Source: Albugo candida (Eukaryota). Taken from it: DNA of 64,000 bases. Location of the stretch: NCBI GenBank assembly GCA_040437565.1, contig JBDOQK010000078.1, positions 1 through 64,000 on the forward strand, in the 5' to 3' direction. Below are positions 45,471 to 55,913 of this stretch, piece by piece. Positions within the stretch are counted from its first letter, which is position 1. Each line of letters opens with the position of its first letter. The notes below the pieces were generated by a model. The model did not search any database and was not told the DNA's origin. It saw only the letters and a program-made list of their open reading frames with translations. The translations under genes and the position numbers were made by a program.

Positions 45471-47552
45471 ATGAGATCGACCTTTTCCAACGGTATCTAT
45501 TTCGATGCTGGAGATCGGTCCAAGCTATACCTCTCAAATGACATATTGTCTCATGAGTCCACGGAAGCCCATGTGAAGTTCAACAAAGTGCGGTCTCAAG
45601 GACTTTATCCGCCGCTTTGGAGGAAGAAAATTGATGAGAAACATGCATCGGTTCAGTTGATGGAGACAGCTGGCACAGCGCTTACAGGAAACGTCTGGCT
45701 TAAGCTCCGTGAGTACTGCGTGGCGGCGGTGTTTAGCCTCGATTGTCACATCAATGAAGTCTATCCCGTTCTGATTCAGGATGACGAGTTTCTCTACGAA
45801 AGTGTGATGCGAAGTTTATTCACTAAGAAATTTAAATGTGGTCAAATATTACACGCATTTGAAAACGTAAATGACGCTTCGAAATCAAATGTGAAAAAAG
45901 CAACTTTTACTAACGCGTTGGGCAAAGAGTTTGAGCTTTTTTTCACTGATTCTTGCATTGATCGTGATTTGGTCCAATGCGCCACAAAGGGTAAAAACGA
46001 AAAAAAATCCTCTTTCACTCGCGTCGTTTGTTCTATTCCACGCGAGTTTCACGAAGGAATTGCCAAAAGTTCCATCTTGGGAGGAGCAAAGCAAATCCTA
46101 GTTGGGTACCACGTGGAAGCAACTCAAGCGGATCGAACCAATATCTTCTTTTATGGAAGCTGTTCTGTTGATCTTGAAGGTGAGAATCCCGAATTGTCAC
46201 TCGCAAATGGAGACATGAGGCAACAAGTCGGCAACATGGCGCGGCCCGTGCAACTTTTAGCTTGCTGGGGACGTTCTTGCAATGAAATTTACGGTGTGAT
46301 CAAACGTCGGCGACTCGGTTATCAGCACTATATCTCGATTAATAGTCGCATGTATCATTCACTGAAAGGAAAAGTGCATTGTGCAGTTTGTTCCAAAGTG
46401 TTGAACCGTTTCGTACGCTTTGATGTGTTTTGTCAGTTGTGTGGGTGTCAAACGTGCTCCATGTGTTCAAGTGATGTGCAAGTCGAGTTTGGACCCGGTA
46501 AAATACGAAACAATCGCGTTTGTGTTGGCTGTCGTACTTGTGTGAATCAGTGCACTTTTGACGATCCTCAGTTACGCTTGCTTGGGACGTCTCCGATTTC
46601 AGACATCGCAATCGATATGTACGATCGACCCAACGCACTTAACCGAACACAAAATGGCGAACCGACCTCAAAATTAGAAGACTCACGTCTAATTGAGTAC
46701 TTATTCTCATTAGATACAGTGCGACAAACTCATGCGCTGGAAAGATTTGGTGTTGTTTTACCGCAAGGAAATTCGCAAGCAACACAATCGCAGGCTACCG
46801 CGCTGGAAAAGCTGTTCCGTGAACACTTGTCATGCCCTCTACATCTCAGTATGATGGGGTGCGAATTCGCTAATGACCGAGGATTACGTAATTACGCATT
46901 GAATTTCAGTGACGGTCATCAGATTCCCGAAATTCCAACGTGTAGGAATGAAGCTGCACGGTTGGNNNNNNNNNNNNNNNNNNNNNNNNNNNNNNNNNNN
47001 NNNNNNNNNNNNNNNNNNNNNNNNNNNNNNNNNNNNNNNNNNNNNNNNNNNNNNNNNNNNNNNNNGAATGAAGCTGCACGGTTGGATACAATAAACCGTC
47101 TTCAACTATTGGACAAAAATACGCTTTCTGATACAAGGTGGCAACTTGAAATAGTGTGTCACATGGCTGCCAAAATCCTACAGTGCAAAACGGCTTTTAT
47201 TTCAATAGTGGATGAAGGTCTGCAGCACGCGATTGCGGATTACGAGATGCCGCTGAAATTGTTACGGAGACGGGAGAGTATTTGTGCGCACGCATTGACG
47301 TGTGAGAAGCCGTGGATTGTGCGTGACGCTCTTCAGGATATTCGCTACAGCAAGTTCTATTATGTATCCCGAACAGGGTTCCGATTTTACGCAAGTTTTC
47401 CAGTAGAAGCGCCAATTTATCAAGAGGGAGTGCTCGCTGGTTTGGTTGTGATGGACAAAGAGCCTAAAGCGGTCATAACGGTTCAACAATATGCGCGGAT
47501 GATTACATTGTCTAAAATCCTGACCGAGCTGCTCGCTATGATCTTGCAGTAA
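45471..47552 (+). CDS. START-like + FYVE-like + GAF domain protein (~653 aa without the gap artefact)
   Basis: Eight-Cys finger CAVC..CQLCGCQTCSMC..RVCVGC. C-terminal GAF: NEAARL..L.LLD..AFISIVD..RRESICAHAL..DALQDIRYSK..GFRFYASFPV..LVVMDKEPK. The START-like N-terminus is the weakest part of the call. Confidence 0.85.
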   Translation: MRSTFSNGIYFDAGDRSKLYLSNDILSHESTEAHVKFNKVRSQGLYPPLWRKKIDEKHASVQLMETAGTALTGNVWLKLREYCVAAVFSLDCHINEVYPVLIQDDEFLYESVMRSLFTKKFKCGQILHAFENVNDASKSNVKKATFTNALGKEFELFFTDSCIDRDLVQCATKGKNEKKSSFTRVVCSIPREFHEGIAKSSILGGAKQILVGYHVEATQADRTNIFFYGSCSVDLEGENPELSLANGDMRQQVGNMARPVQLLACWGRSCNEIYGVIKRRRLGYQHYISINSRMYHSLKGKVHCAVCSKVLNRFVRFDVFCQLCGCQTCSMCSSDVQVEFGPGKIRNNRVCVGCRTCVNQCTFDDPQLRLLGTSPISDIAIDMYDRPNALNRTQNGEPTSKLEDSRLIEYLFSLDTVRQTHALERFGVVLPQGNSQATQSQATALEKLFREHLSCPLHLSMMGCEFANDRGLRNYALNFSDGHQIPEIPTCRNEAARLXXXXXXXXXXXXXXXXXXXXXXXXXXXXXXXXXXNEAARLDTINRLQLLDKNTLSDTRWQLEIVCHMAAKILQCKTAFISIVDEGLQHAIADYEMPLKLLRRRESICAHALTCEKPWIVRDALQDIRYSKFYYVSRTGFRFYASFPVEAPIYQEGVLAGLVVMDKEPKAVITVQQYARMITLSKILTELLAMILQ

Positions 47553-48301
47553 GATTTGTGTGTCGTTGGAGTAAACTCGAATTGTTTTTTCACGTTAACA
47601 GGGTAGATTATTGTACGAGAAATTCTGAGCTCTGATCTTCTACAGAATTAACGATAAACAGTTTTGACTGTCTTCTAGCGAGTAGGAGATTGTAGGAGCA
47701 ATGTTTGGGTTAAAAACGGGATTAACGACAACGTTGATACGTGTCGAATGTTTCATTTGATATAAAAAGATCATGCAGCTGCAGTAATCAGATACATCGC
47801 GATTGTTTGCATAACCAATGTTATATGCATCTATTAGTATGATAGAATGTAATAGGGCAAGAACATGCTATAATTCGAGCGGTAACAGATATAACGGCAT
47901 GTGCGTATAATCGTGACGTTCTAAAATTAGGAAAACTCGCATAAGATCTGACTAGGGAGTGTAAGTAATATAGATACCATGATACCTCAGTCCACCCTAC
48001 TTGGTACACGTACCATTTATATGGCTTATCGCTTCATATAATTCTGATACCGACATACGCATCGTTGGGACTACACCTCGAGCTCTTCTTAGAACACTTC
48101 CCTTCCCCTAAATCAGGTATTCTTATCGAAACCCTCATCAATTTCCACATTCTGAGAATCTTCACCGTCTGACCTATCCCACTCGATCTTGCCTTCTCGC
48201 CCAAGAATTGAATTCCGTACAAAAAGCGGCGCGCAGCAAGAACTCGGTCTGGTCATTTGAAATTTAACAACAGATATAGTACTGATAGACAGAATCGTCT
48301 C

Positions 48302-49954
48302 ATGACTGAAGTGACCAAAAGCACCGTTTCACTCCACTCAGATCGACCTTCTGCAGAAACGGTTGGAGTTAAATTCCCTCTACCTTCTGATTATTTCTCT
48401 TATTTGAACTTGAATGTTCAACAAGAGGAAGCATACCGAGCGGAAGCTGCGGATAGGTTGCGACAAGGGCGATTAACGAGGTTGTCATTTAATCAACGTC
48501 AGAAAGAGTGGAAATATATAAAACGCATACACGATGTCGATATATATCATGATATATCACAGCCACACAACTCTACGTGTGTGGTAGTGGCAATCGGTAC
48601 GATTCAGGGGAAGATGGAGGATCTGGTACACGCCGAGTATACCGAAACATCAGCAGACTTTCGACGAAAAAGTTCGTTTGTGGACCCGAAAGTCGTGCGA
48701 GATTGTCACTTGCTACATTCTCTCGACACTTATGACCGTACCAAACAACCAGATGGTACGTTCCATTTTTTGGGTCTCAAGTACATCTATACACGTGTCC
48801 CAGTCTCCGCAATGGGACGATTGATGAAGAGTAGAGATTACACCTTTAGCGAGTCTCTTGGAATCACAACGATACCTGAACCAGTCTCTTCCGACATGCG
48901 TACAAAATCTCACTCATCTGCACTTGGCTATCACATCATGCACACATGTGAGATTCCTGGCGTCCGGGAGTTTCCAAACGTTGTTCGGGGAGGTTTCAGC
49001 GTGACCAATTTTTACCAACAAGTCACACCGGGCGTTGTACGAATGTACTCACGAGGCGTCATTGATCCGGCCAGCGATTCCATGAATGAGAAATTCCTCG
49101 TTCTTCATTGTATCAACCTGGTGACTCGAGCATTCAAGATTATGCAGCTGGCAGAGTGCCAAAAGCTCACTCGTTTAGTCAACGACGTGAAGGAAATGTC
49201 AACGATCCAATCGAGATCAGCAAGTATGGAAGAGACCAATGTAACTACGCCGCATCATTGCTCTTTGTGCCCTCGAAGAGTAAATTATCACATTCTTGGA
49301 CTCTTTGTGAAAGCGAAACCGTGTGACATCTGCAATCTTCTTGTATGTTCCAAATGTCGAGTCAAAAAAGTTGTTATCAACGAAAAGAAGAATTCCATAC
49401 GATGCTGTCAGCGGTGTCTATTGCACAGTAAAGAGGTCATCCCCCTTTCGGCGTCAGGCAGTGAGGGTGGTCGATCTAGTCTCTGCAGCAATCACAGCAG
49501 CGGTACTCTATCCGGTACAATGATCCCAATACGTTCCTCGAGTGATCGACACTCTTCCTCATTATCGACGGCTTTGGATCAATCAAGTAATTCAAGTGCG
49601 CCACATTCGAACGACATTACCGAAAGCGTTGGTGGTTCGAGTCCGATTGTTTTACACAAATTGGATGAAGAGGACGCCGTCGCACACGAAAATATGGCAG
49701 GGTTGATAGATGTGGATGGCGAATTCAGTTCAAGTCGCAGGAAAGCTAGTTTGTCCAATCGGAATGTTCGATCCTCCAATTCTGCGAAATTTAACGAACC
49801 GTGGGGAAAGTCGAGTTCAGCGACTTTCGAAGGCCCTAGAATTTCTCATCACGATCAGCTGTACCAGCAAATGCTTGCACTTCAGCGTGCCGCAGAGATT
49901 GCTTACAATACCACACAGGCCAATCGCAATTTGACAGGCGCATTACATCCTTGA
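48302..49954 (+). CDS. START-like + FYVE-like zinc finger protein, paralogue 1
   Basis: FPLPSDYF, WKYIKR, IGTIQGKMEDLV, FLGLKY, SRDYTFSESLG, GYHIMH; CSLC..CDIC..VCSKC..CQRC; C-terminal QMLALQRAAEIAYNTTQAN. First ATG at 48302. Confidence 0.85.
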   Translation: MTEVTKSTVSLHSDRPSAETVGVKFPLPSDYFSYLNLNVQQEEAYRAEAADRLRQGRLTRLSFNQRQKEWKYIKRIHDVDIYHDISQPHNSTCVVVAIGTIQGKMEDLVHAEYTETSADFRRKSSFVDPKVVRDCHLLHSLDTYDRTKQPDGTFHFLGLKYIYTRVPVSAMGRLMKSRDYTFSESLGITTIPEPVSSDMRTKSHSSALGYHIMHTCEIPGVREFPNVVRGGFSVTNFYQQVTPGVVRMYSRGVIDPASDSMNEKFLVLHCINLVTRAFKIMQLAECQKLTRLVNDVKEMSTIQSRSASMEETNVTTPHHCSLCPRRVNYHILGLFVKAKPCDICNLLVCSKCRVKKVVINEKKNSIRCCQRCLLHSKEVIPLSASGSEGGRSSLCSNHSSGTLSGTMIPIRSSSDRHSSSLSTALDQSSNSSAPHSNDITESVGGSSPIVLHKLDEEDAVAHENMAGLIDVDGEFSSSRRKASLSNRNVRSSNSAKFNEPWGKSSSATFEGPRISHHDQLYQQMLALQRAAEIAYNTTQANRNLTGALHP

Positions 49955-51490
49955 TCATTCATGAGAGAAAAAGGTGTATAGTAATTAGAGCTTTTGTTTG
50001 GAACCAGATAGGTTTGGAATATCGCTACCGGTAGTCTAAGGTTCTAATTCAAGGTGCTTTATGACATCCAATCGCTGTTGTGCAGCGCGCCTGTTTTGTT
50101 GTTTCAGTGTATGAATATCTTTGAACTGACATATAGGTTTTGTATCGGACCGGCTGAAGTGACTGCACTTTGTATTTTCATGTGAGTGTACACTCTGTTG
50201 AGCAGTTGAGCCCACAAGACAGCGATAATGACTTTGTGCCGGGGATAGTTTCCCTCGAGTATTATGAGTATAGAAAAAATGACAGCATGGGGAATATGTA
50301 TGTATGTGCTACAAAAAGTAACATGTACTATTCAAAACGCCACCGATGAGGGACATTGGTGCACTCACGAAATCTCAATTGAGCGGAAGAATACTTGCAA
50401 GGCAATGTTTGGTTCTTACCATCATTCCTATCCACGTTGTAGTGCAAAGGAAATAGTGATAAAGGCAGGTTGGGTGGTCTGGCCAGGTCAATCCTCAAAG
50501 TCTACAGGTTTGACCTTGCATAAAGCCCGAGGGACACACTGCCTAAACCGATACCCGCTATATAAAAATCGTACGCAAGCTCAAAGGCTTGTGTTTCTTT
50601 ACCGAACATCTTTCGTCGGTAATACCGCTCAATCTCCTTTTGGACGGATAAAGAGAAATACCCTTTTCTATGATATGATAATAAATGAAGTTAAACTTTG
50701 CCTTATCAGTCGAATGACGGGCTCTAGAATCCTCGACGATCCAGTGAAAATATGTCGTGCAGTCTAAAAAGTTCAACCCAACTGCAACTCATCAAACACA
50801 AACGAGAGGAAGTGCCATGAGTAAATGTTTCCATCTATCAAAAATGCCGTCTGTACGGTGAATGTCAAATAGATCCGGTACACACTTGAATTGTTCAGCT
50901 TTGCAGTCATCATGTATAGTCCTATTCCGAATAGTAGGACGGTGACCGACATAGGATCACGTTCCACCTGAGTGATATGATTGATCAAGTTGAATTTTCT
51001 CCAATCGAATACCGTTTTACCCTTGAGACATACCGACGGAAGGCATTAAATCACTATGCTGCTCTGAATTCACGGCGAAACAGACTGAAAACAGAAACCG
51101 GAATACTTCCTCACTTAACCATGTACGTCACCTGTCTGATGGAGTAGCCGATGTCACCATTCGACGCAGCAGAGGCGAAAAGGTGTCCCACAAAGTAGTA
51201 CCGTATATCGTATCGACACTAACAGTAGTACCGAGCTTTTATAATGATCAGTCGTACTCAGAGGAATGACACCACCTGCTGACTGACCTTCATTCTCGTT
51301 CTTCTTGGCTAATGAAGATTTAAGCGATACAAACGACAACAGAGACGAAATGCGGTCACTACGATATCGATGAATGACGCGAAATCAGTCATCAAAGCCT
51401 CAACAGTACTTGCAGCTTGGTTGGGTGTATATTCAAGCATACAACTCACTTGAACCTTAATCATCTCTTACAATGTCGCCCATCCGCGAT

Positions 51491-52625
51491 TTAATCCATC
51501 AACATGACAACTTTCCGCTTTGTTGTTCGATTCACAGCTGCCGCAAGAGCGTCTTCAAAATCAGTAAACTTGTACGTTTGAATATAATTCCGAAGTTTTC
51601 CTTGCTCCACAAGCCCTGCAAGCTCTTGTAATAATGCCACACGCTTCTCATGCGGAGTGTTTTTGAACCATTCCGACATCCAAAATCCACGAAGCGAGAT
51701 ATCGTGAAAGATCAGAGATCCAGTGCCAATCATAACACATTGTCTGCTCATTCCACCATATGTGACATGCACTCCTTTACGTCCCAACACTCGACCCAAT
51801 TCGAGACTCGATCTTCCTCCAACCGCATTGAGCGCCAGTTTGGGTGCTGGGAGGTCAGCAATCAATCGTTTGAATGTAGCGGATCCGAGGTAATCCGCTG
51901 TGGCGACAATCGTTCCCCCAAGGCATTTCAAGTGCTCATTAGTGAGATCATAATCTGCATCATCTCGTACGATATTGATCGTCTTGATACCACGTAACGC
52001 AGCTAATTGTATCACGGCCATTCCTACCGCGCTATTGGCCGCATTCTGAATGACCACATCGCCTTCTTTCAAATCTTGAAACTCTTTCAGAAGAATGTAT
52101 GCGGTCGCCGGATTCACTGAGAGTGTGGCTGCGTCTCCAAGTTCGATTTTCTTTGACACTTTCACAACGTCTTTGGCGTCTGCGACGGCTTTCAATCGCC
52201 ATGTCCCGAAACCCGGCTTACACGTAACCACATGATCATTCACTTTGAGATGTTGCACATTAGAACCGACCGCTGTGACCAATGCGACGCCTTCATTTCC
52301 CGCAATAGCCGGAAGCGGTGGACGAATTGCATAGTTTCCTTGGATTTGCGATAGATCAGCGACGTGGATGGGGGCTGCGAGCATTTTGATCGCAATTTGG
52401 TTTTCGGTTATGTGCGTTTCCTTTTCATCCTCTTCCTTCCTACGAGTAAAAAAGTAAACGTTTGATAATGCGTTCGTCGCTGAGAAAGTTAGTGCGTTCG
52501 TACTTTAACACTTGAAAGGGATGTCCGTACTCTTCGTAGCGGATTGTAGAGAGGCGCTGGGAGAGCTGATGAACTCGTTTGGCTTGGATGAAGCGCGCTT
52601 TACGAAAGCAAGGATTCATGGACAT
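51491..52625 (-). CDS. MECR: Mitochondrial trans-2-enoyl-CoA/ACP reductase (MDR family)
   Basis: Exon 1 (52625-52504) has an Arg-rich presequence and YEEYGHPFQVLK; GT-AG intron 52503-52440; then MLAAPIHVADLSQIQGNY, GNEGV, GTWR, VNPATAY, QNAANSAVG, VTYGGMS, LRGFW. Confidence 0.93.
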
Positions 52626-53604
52626 ACTTTCGCGGAGCGCTTGGATGTACCGTAGTTTGCAAAAAATCGACGCGACTATTTTTGTAAATGTATGCGTAAG
52701 ATTGTGTCTATGTAGAAATGGGATNNNNNNNNNNNNNNNNNNNNNNNNNNNNNNNNNNNNNNNNNNNNNNNNNNNNNNNNNNNNNNNNNNNNNNNNNNNN
52801 NNNNNNNNNNNNNNNNNNNNNNNNCGTAAGATTGTGTCTATGTAGAAATGGGATCACGTATGAAATCATGGAAGGTATACATTAAGACAGTCTTCCTCCA
52901 TGTAAAAGGGTGCGCCTTACTGACTACAGTCGACCTACTTCATCTTTTGCAAGAGCGCTTACTTTAGCCTCATATGCTTTGACGTGCGAATAGCAATAGC
53001 AATCGTCAGCGCAATGAATGCCTGCTCAATGGAGAAGTAGCCTTCTAAATCGCATCTTCTTCAAATAAAACATACCCCCTATAAACGCAAATACTTCCAA
53101 ACCCCATAAACCGTATATATTCATCAAGCATCCTCGTCCACGCAAAACGCACACCGCGCAGCCTCATGTCCTTATCTTGTCGTTTTGTGGAATCTCCTGA
53201 CCGGCTGCGTGGATCGTATTCAAAGTGCAGTGATCCCATACGCACCCTTTTCCTATCCCAAAAAAGTCTGTAAGCCGTAATTGCACCCTTCCGTGCCACA
53301 ATCAATCGATCGTAAGGCGGTTCTGATCTAAAAAATAGAAGAAAACGATCGCGCTGCCGTGATTTTTGCAATATTCAGATCTCTCAGCTCAGGTACCAGC
53401 TGAGAGGGAGAAGTTTGTCCTTTTTGCGCCTATCATTCATTCACTTGTTTCCAAAATAAAACAGCGCCTGTGTTTGAGGTCACATCACATATCAAAGTCT
53501 CCTGACGCCAACAGATACCTCTAATTGCGTTCTGTTGCATTCTCACGCGTGACTCTTTTTTTCTCACTGCAACCGCTTGCTCCTACGACCTCTAAAGCTC
53601 TCAG

Positions 53605-55338
53605 ATGGCTACACAGTGTCTCACACAACCGTCTACGCTCCCATCTCCTTCCCATTGTTCTCCACGGAGCTTTAAACGTGAGACTCCAACGGGCTCCATA
53701 GACAAAAATTCGAACGCGGTGTTCCCTTCAGAGTGGCGTAAAGTCAAATTAACTGCAGCACAGCAACAATTCTACCGCGAAGAAGCTTTGGTCACATTGC
53801 ATCACGCGATAAAAAGCTTTGAAAAGTTTGAGCAAAAGCATTTCACACACCCGAAACAATGGAAATTTATTAAGAAAAAACAGGACGTCGATATCTATCG
53901 CAATCGGTTGATTCAAAAGGGGAATCCGCCTGTTTTGACAGCGTACGGGACCATCGAAGGCAACACGGAAGATTTAGTGTCGGCAGAGTACTCCGACACG
54001 GACGAGAAAGTGGGACATAAATGCCATTTTGTCGACTCGTTTGCCGTCCGAGACGTCCGTGTGATTGAGAATATCGACGTGAAAGAGGACACGTACGATG
54101 CGTTGAGCGAGACGTATCGATATTTAGGCATCAAATGGGTCCATACGCGACTTCCGATACCCGGACTCACATTTATTGCAAAAAGTAGAGATTGGCTCTT
54201 TTGGGAAGCAGTGGGAATGCTATCGGTACCAAACTTTAGCAATAATTCCACAACCACACGAATTGGATATCACATTATGCGTCCGTGTGAATTGGAAAGT
54301 ATTCCTCCGCTTGCAAAAGTGACGAGAGGACGAGTTGGATGTGTGACGTTGTTTTATCAGAAAGCGCCCGGAAGACTTCAGCTATTCAGTCAAGGGTCTG
54401 TGGGGTACACCAATGAAGTGGTATCCGACACACTGGCGACATTTGCGACCATGTCTCTGGTCACAAGAGCGTTCAGTATGATTCGATATGTCGAGTGTCA
54501 AAAGCTTACATTATTAAGTCAAGAAATGGCCGTCAAAGCTCGATCGCGAACAGCAAGTTTTAATGCAACCGTACAGAAAAACACAACGGTTTGCGGGCTT
54601 TGTGAACGTCACATCCACGCAATGAAGCGTCTCACTTCACAAATGAAGTCGTGTTACATCTGTGAGTTGGTCGTTTGCAGTAAATGTCGCGTCCAAAAGA
54701 CCATACTGACCGAAGAAGGACTCGTCAAAGCGCGCTATTGCCAGCAGTGTTTGCTTGCGTCCAAGTTGCTAGCGAATACGCTATCCACAAGTCAGCACAA
54801 CCTCTCGAATTCGGAAGACGGATTCATCGAACGCACACATCAAATCGCTGATTCCATCGACACGGACGCTCCCTACCTCCCACGTGCTATCAACCATCCA
54901 AGAAGCAGTATTGGCGTCCGATCTGACATCCATTCGCAATTGCATACTGAAAATGCACAAGAAAATCGAACCCGATGTTCGAGTTTTTCGAATTTCTACG
55001 AAAAACCCGAGTTTACGGATCCGGAAACATCTTTTGAAACCCAATCGGAATGCTGTCACTCTGTGCACGAGCATCCAAAAGGGTCCAATTCCTTATTACG
55101 ATCGACCGATAAAGGGACTTTCCATCTGTCGTTAACGAATCGAAACGGATCGCGTCAGGAGACCTCATACAAATGGAAGACCCGAGCGTCTTCAGAATGT
55201 GATCCCAGCAGTCTAACGGGTCCTATCGCGAAACGGAAGCATCGAATGCGTTTATTCCGCCAAATGATTGCATTACAGCGTGCAGCAGAAACTGCTTATA
55301 ACATCACACAAGCGAATCGCAGTATGATGGACGCGTAA
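53605..55338 (+). CDS. START-like + FYVE-like zinc finger protein, paralogue 2
   Basis: 577-aa ORF: WKFIKK, GTIEGNTEDLV, YLGIKW, SRDWLFWEAVG, GYHIM; CGLC..CYIC..VCSKC..CQQC; QMIALQRAAETAYNITQAN. Confidence 0.85.
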   Translation: MATQCLTQPSTLPSPSHCSPRSFKRETPTGSIDKNSNAVFPSEWRKVKLTAAQQQFYREEALVTLHHAIKSFEKFEQKHFTHPKQWKFIKKKQDVDIYRNRLIQKGNPPVLTAYGTIEGNTEDLVSAEYSDTDEKVGHKCHFVDSFAVRDVRVIENIDVKEDTYDALSETYRYLGIKWVHTRLPIPGLTFIAKSRDWLFWEAVGMLSVPNFSNNSTTTRIGYHIMRPCELESIPPLAKVTRGRVGCVTLFYQKAPGRLQLFSQGSVGYTNEVVSDTLATFATMSLVTRAFSMIRYVECQKLTLLSQEMAVKARSRTASFNATVQKNTTVCGLCERHIHAMKRLTSQMKSCYICELVVCSKCRVQKTILTEEGLVKARYCQQCLLASKLLANTLSTSQHNLSNSEDGFIERTHQIADSIDTDAPYLPRAINHPRSSIGVRSDIHSQLHTENAQENRTRCSSFSNFYEKPEFTDPETSFETQSECCHSVHEHPKGSNSLLRSTDKGTFHLSLTNRNGSRQETSYKWKTRASSECDPSSLTGPIAKRKHRMRLFRQMIALQRAAETAYNITQANRSMMDA

Positions 55339-55913
55339 TATAAAAAAAAGTCCTATAACTAATGTTCGAATTCGAATTTCCACACTTTGACTTTTTGGAA
55401 CGACAGCTGTGATCTAAAAAGCACAAAATCGGTCACAAATACATTCCAAATCCAACTTTTCTGATTATCGAACGCGTCTGAGAAGAAAAACAGTGTCACC
55501 AAACCGTCCGATTTTCTTCTTTTCGAAAAAATAGAGAGAGCAGACAGCCTCATTCCTTTCGAAAAGAATGCATGGAATCAATCAAATTACAACATAAAGT
55601 GACAGACAGGCAGTATCGCCGTCTCTATAGAACGCCCTCCTTCATCCCACAGCTAAAGGAAGACGCCCACATCACTTCTATAACCAGTCTCTCACCTGCT
55701 TGTCCAAGAACGCAACACTACACAACCAGCCATGTACATACGCAAGTATCATTTCGGCCCAGAATCAGAGCTTCATAACCACAATGGAGTGCTGCGTATC
55801 AGCTGAAATAATTCTTTTTTTTTTGTATTCAGATATTCCGTATAAGAGAAAACACGTACATAAAGTATCTGTCATTGAGCTCTATTGTTCCAATCGAACA
55901 AAATTGCAAAGGA

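Noticed and set aside
48251-48265. Oomycete Inr/FPR core promoter (GGTCATTTGAAATTT)
   Set aside because: Imperfect match and spacing; too short to support without transcription start data.
50264-50767. 167-aa ORF between START-FYVE paralogue 1 and MECR
   Set aside because: No recognisable motif or signal peptide; treated as a chance ORF, though not excluded without expression data.
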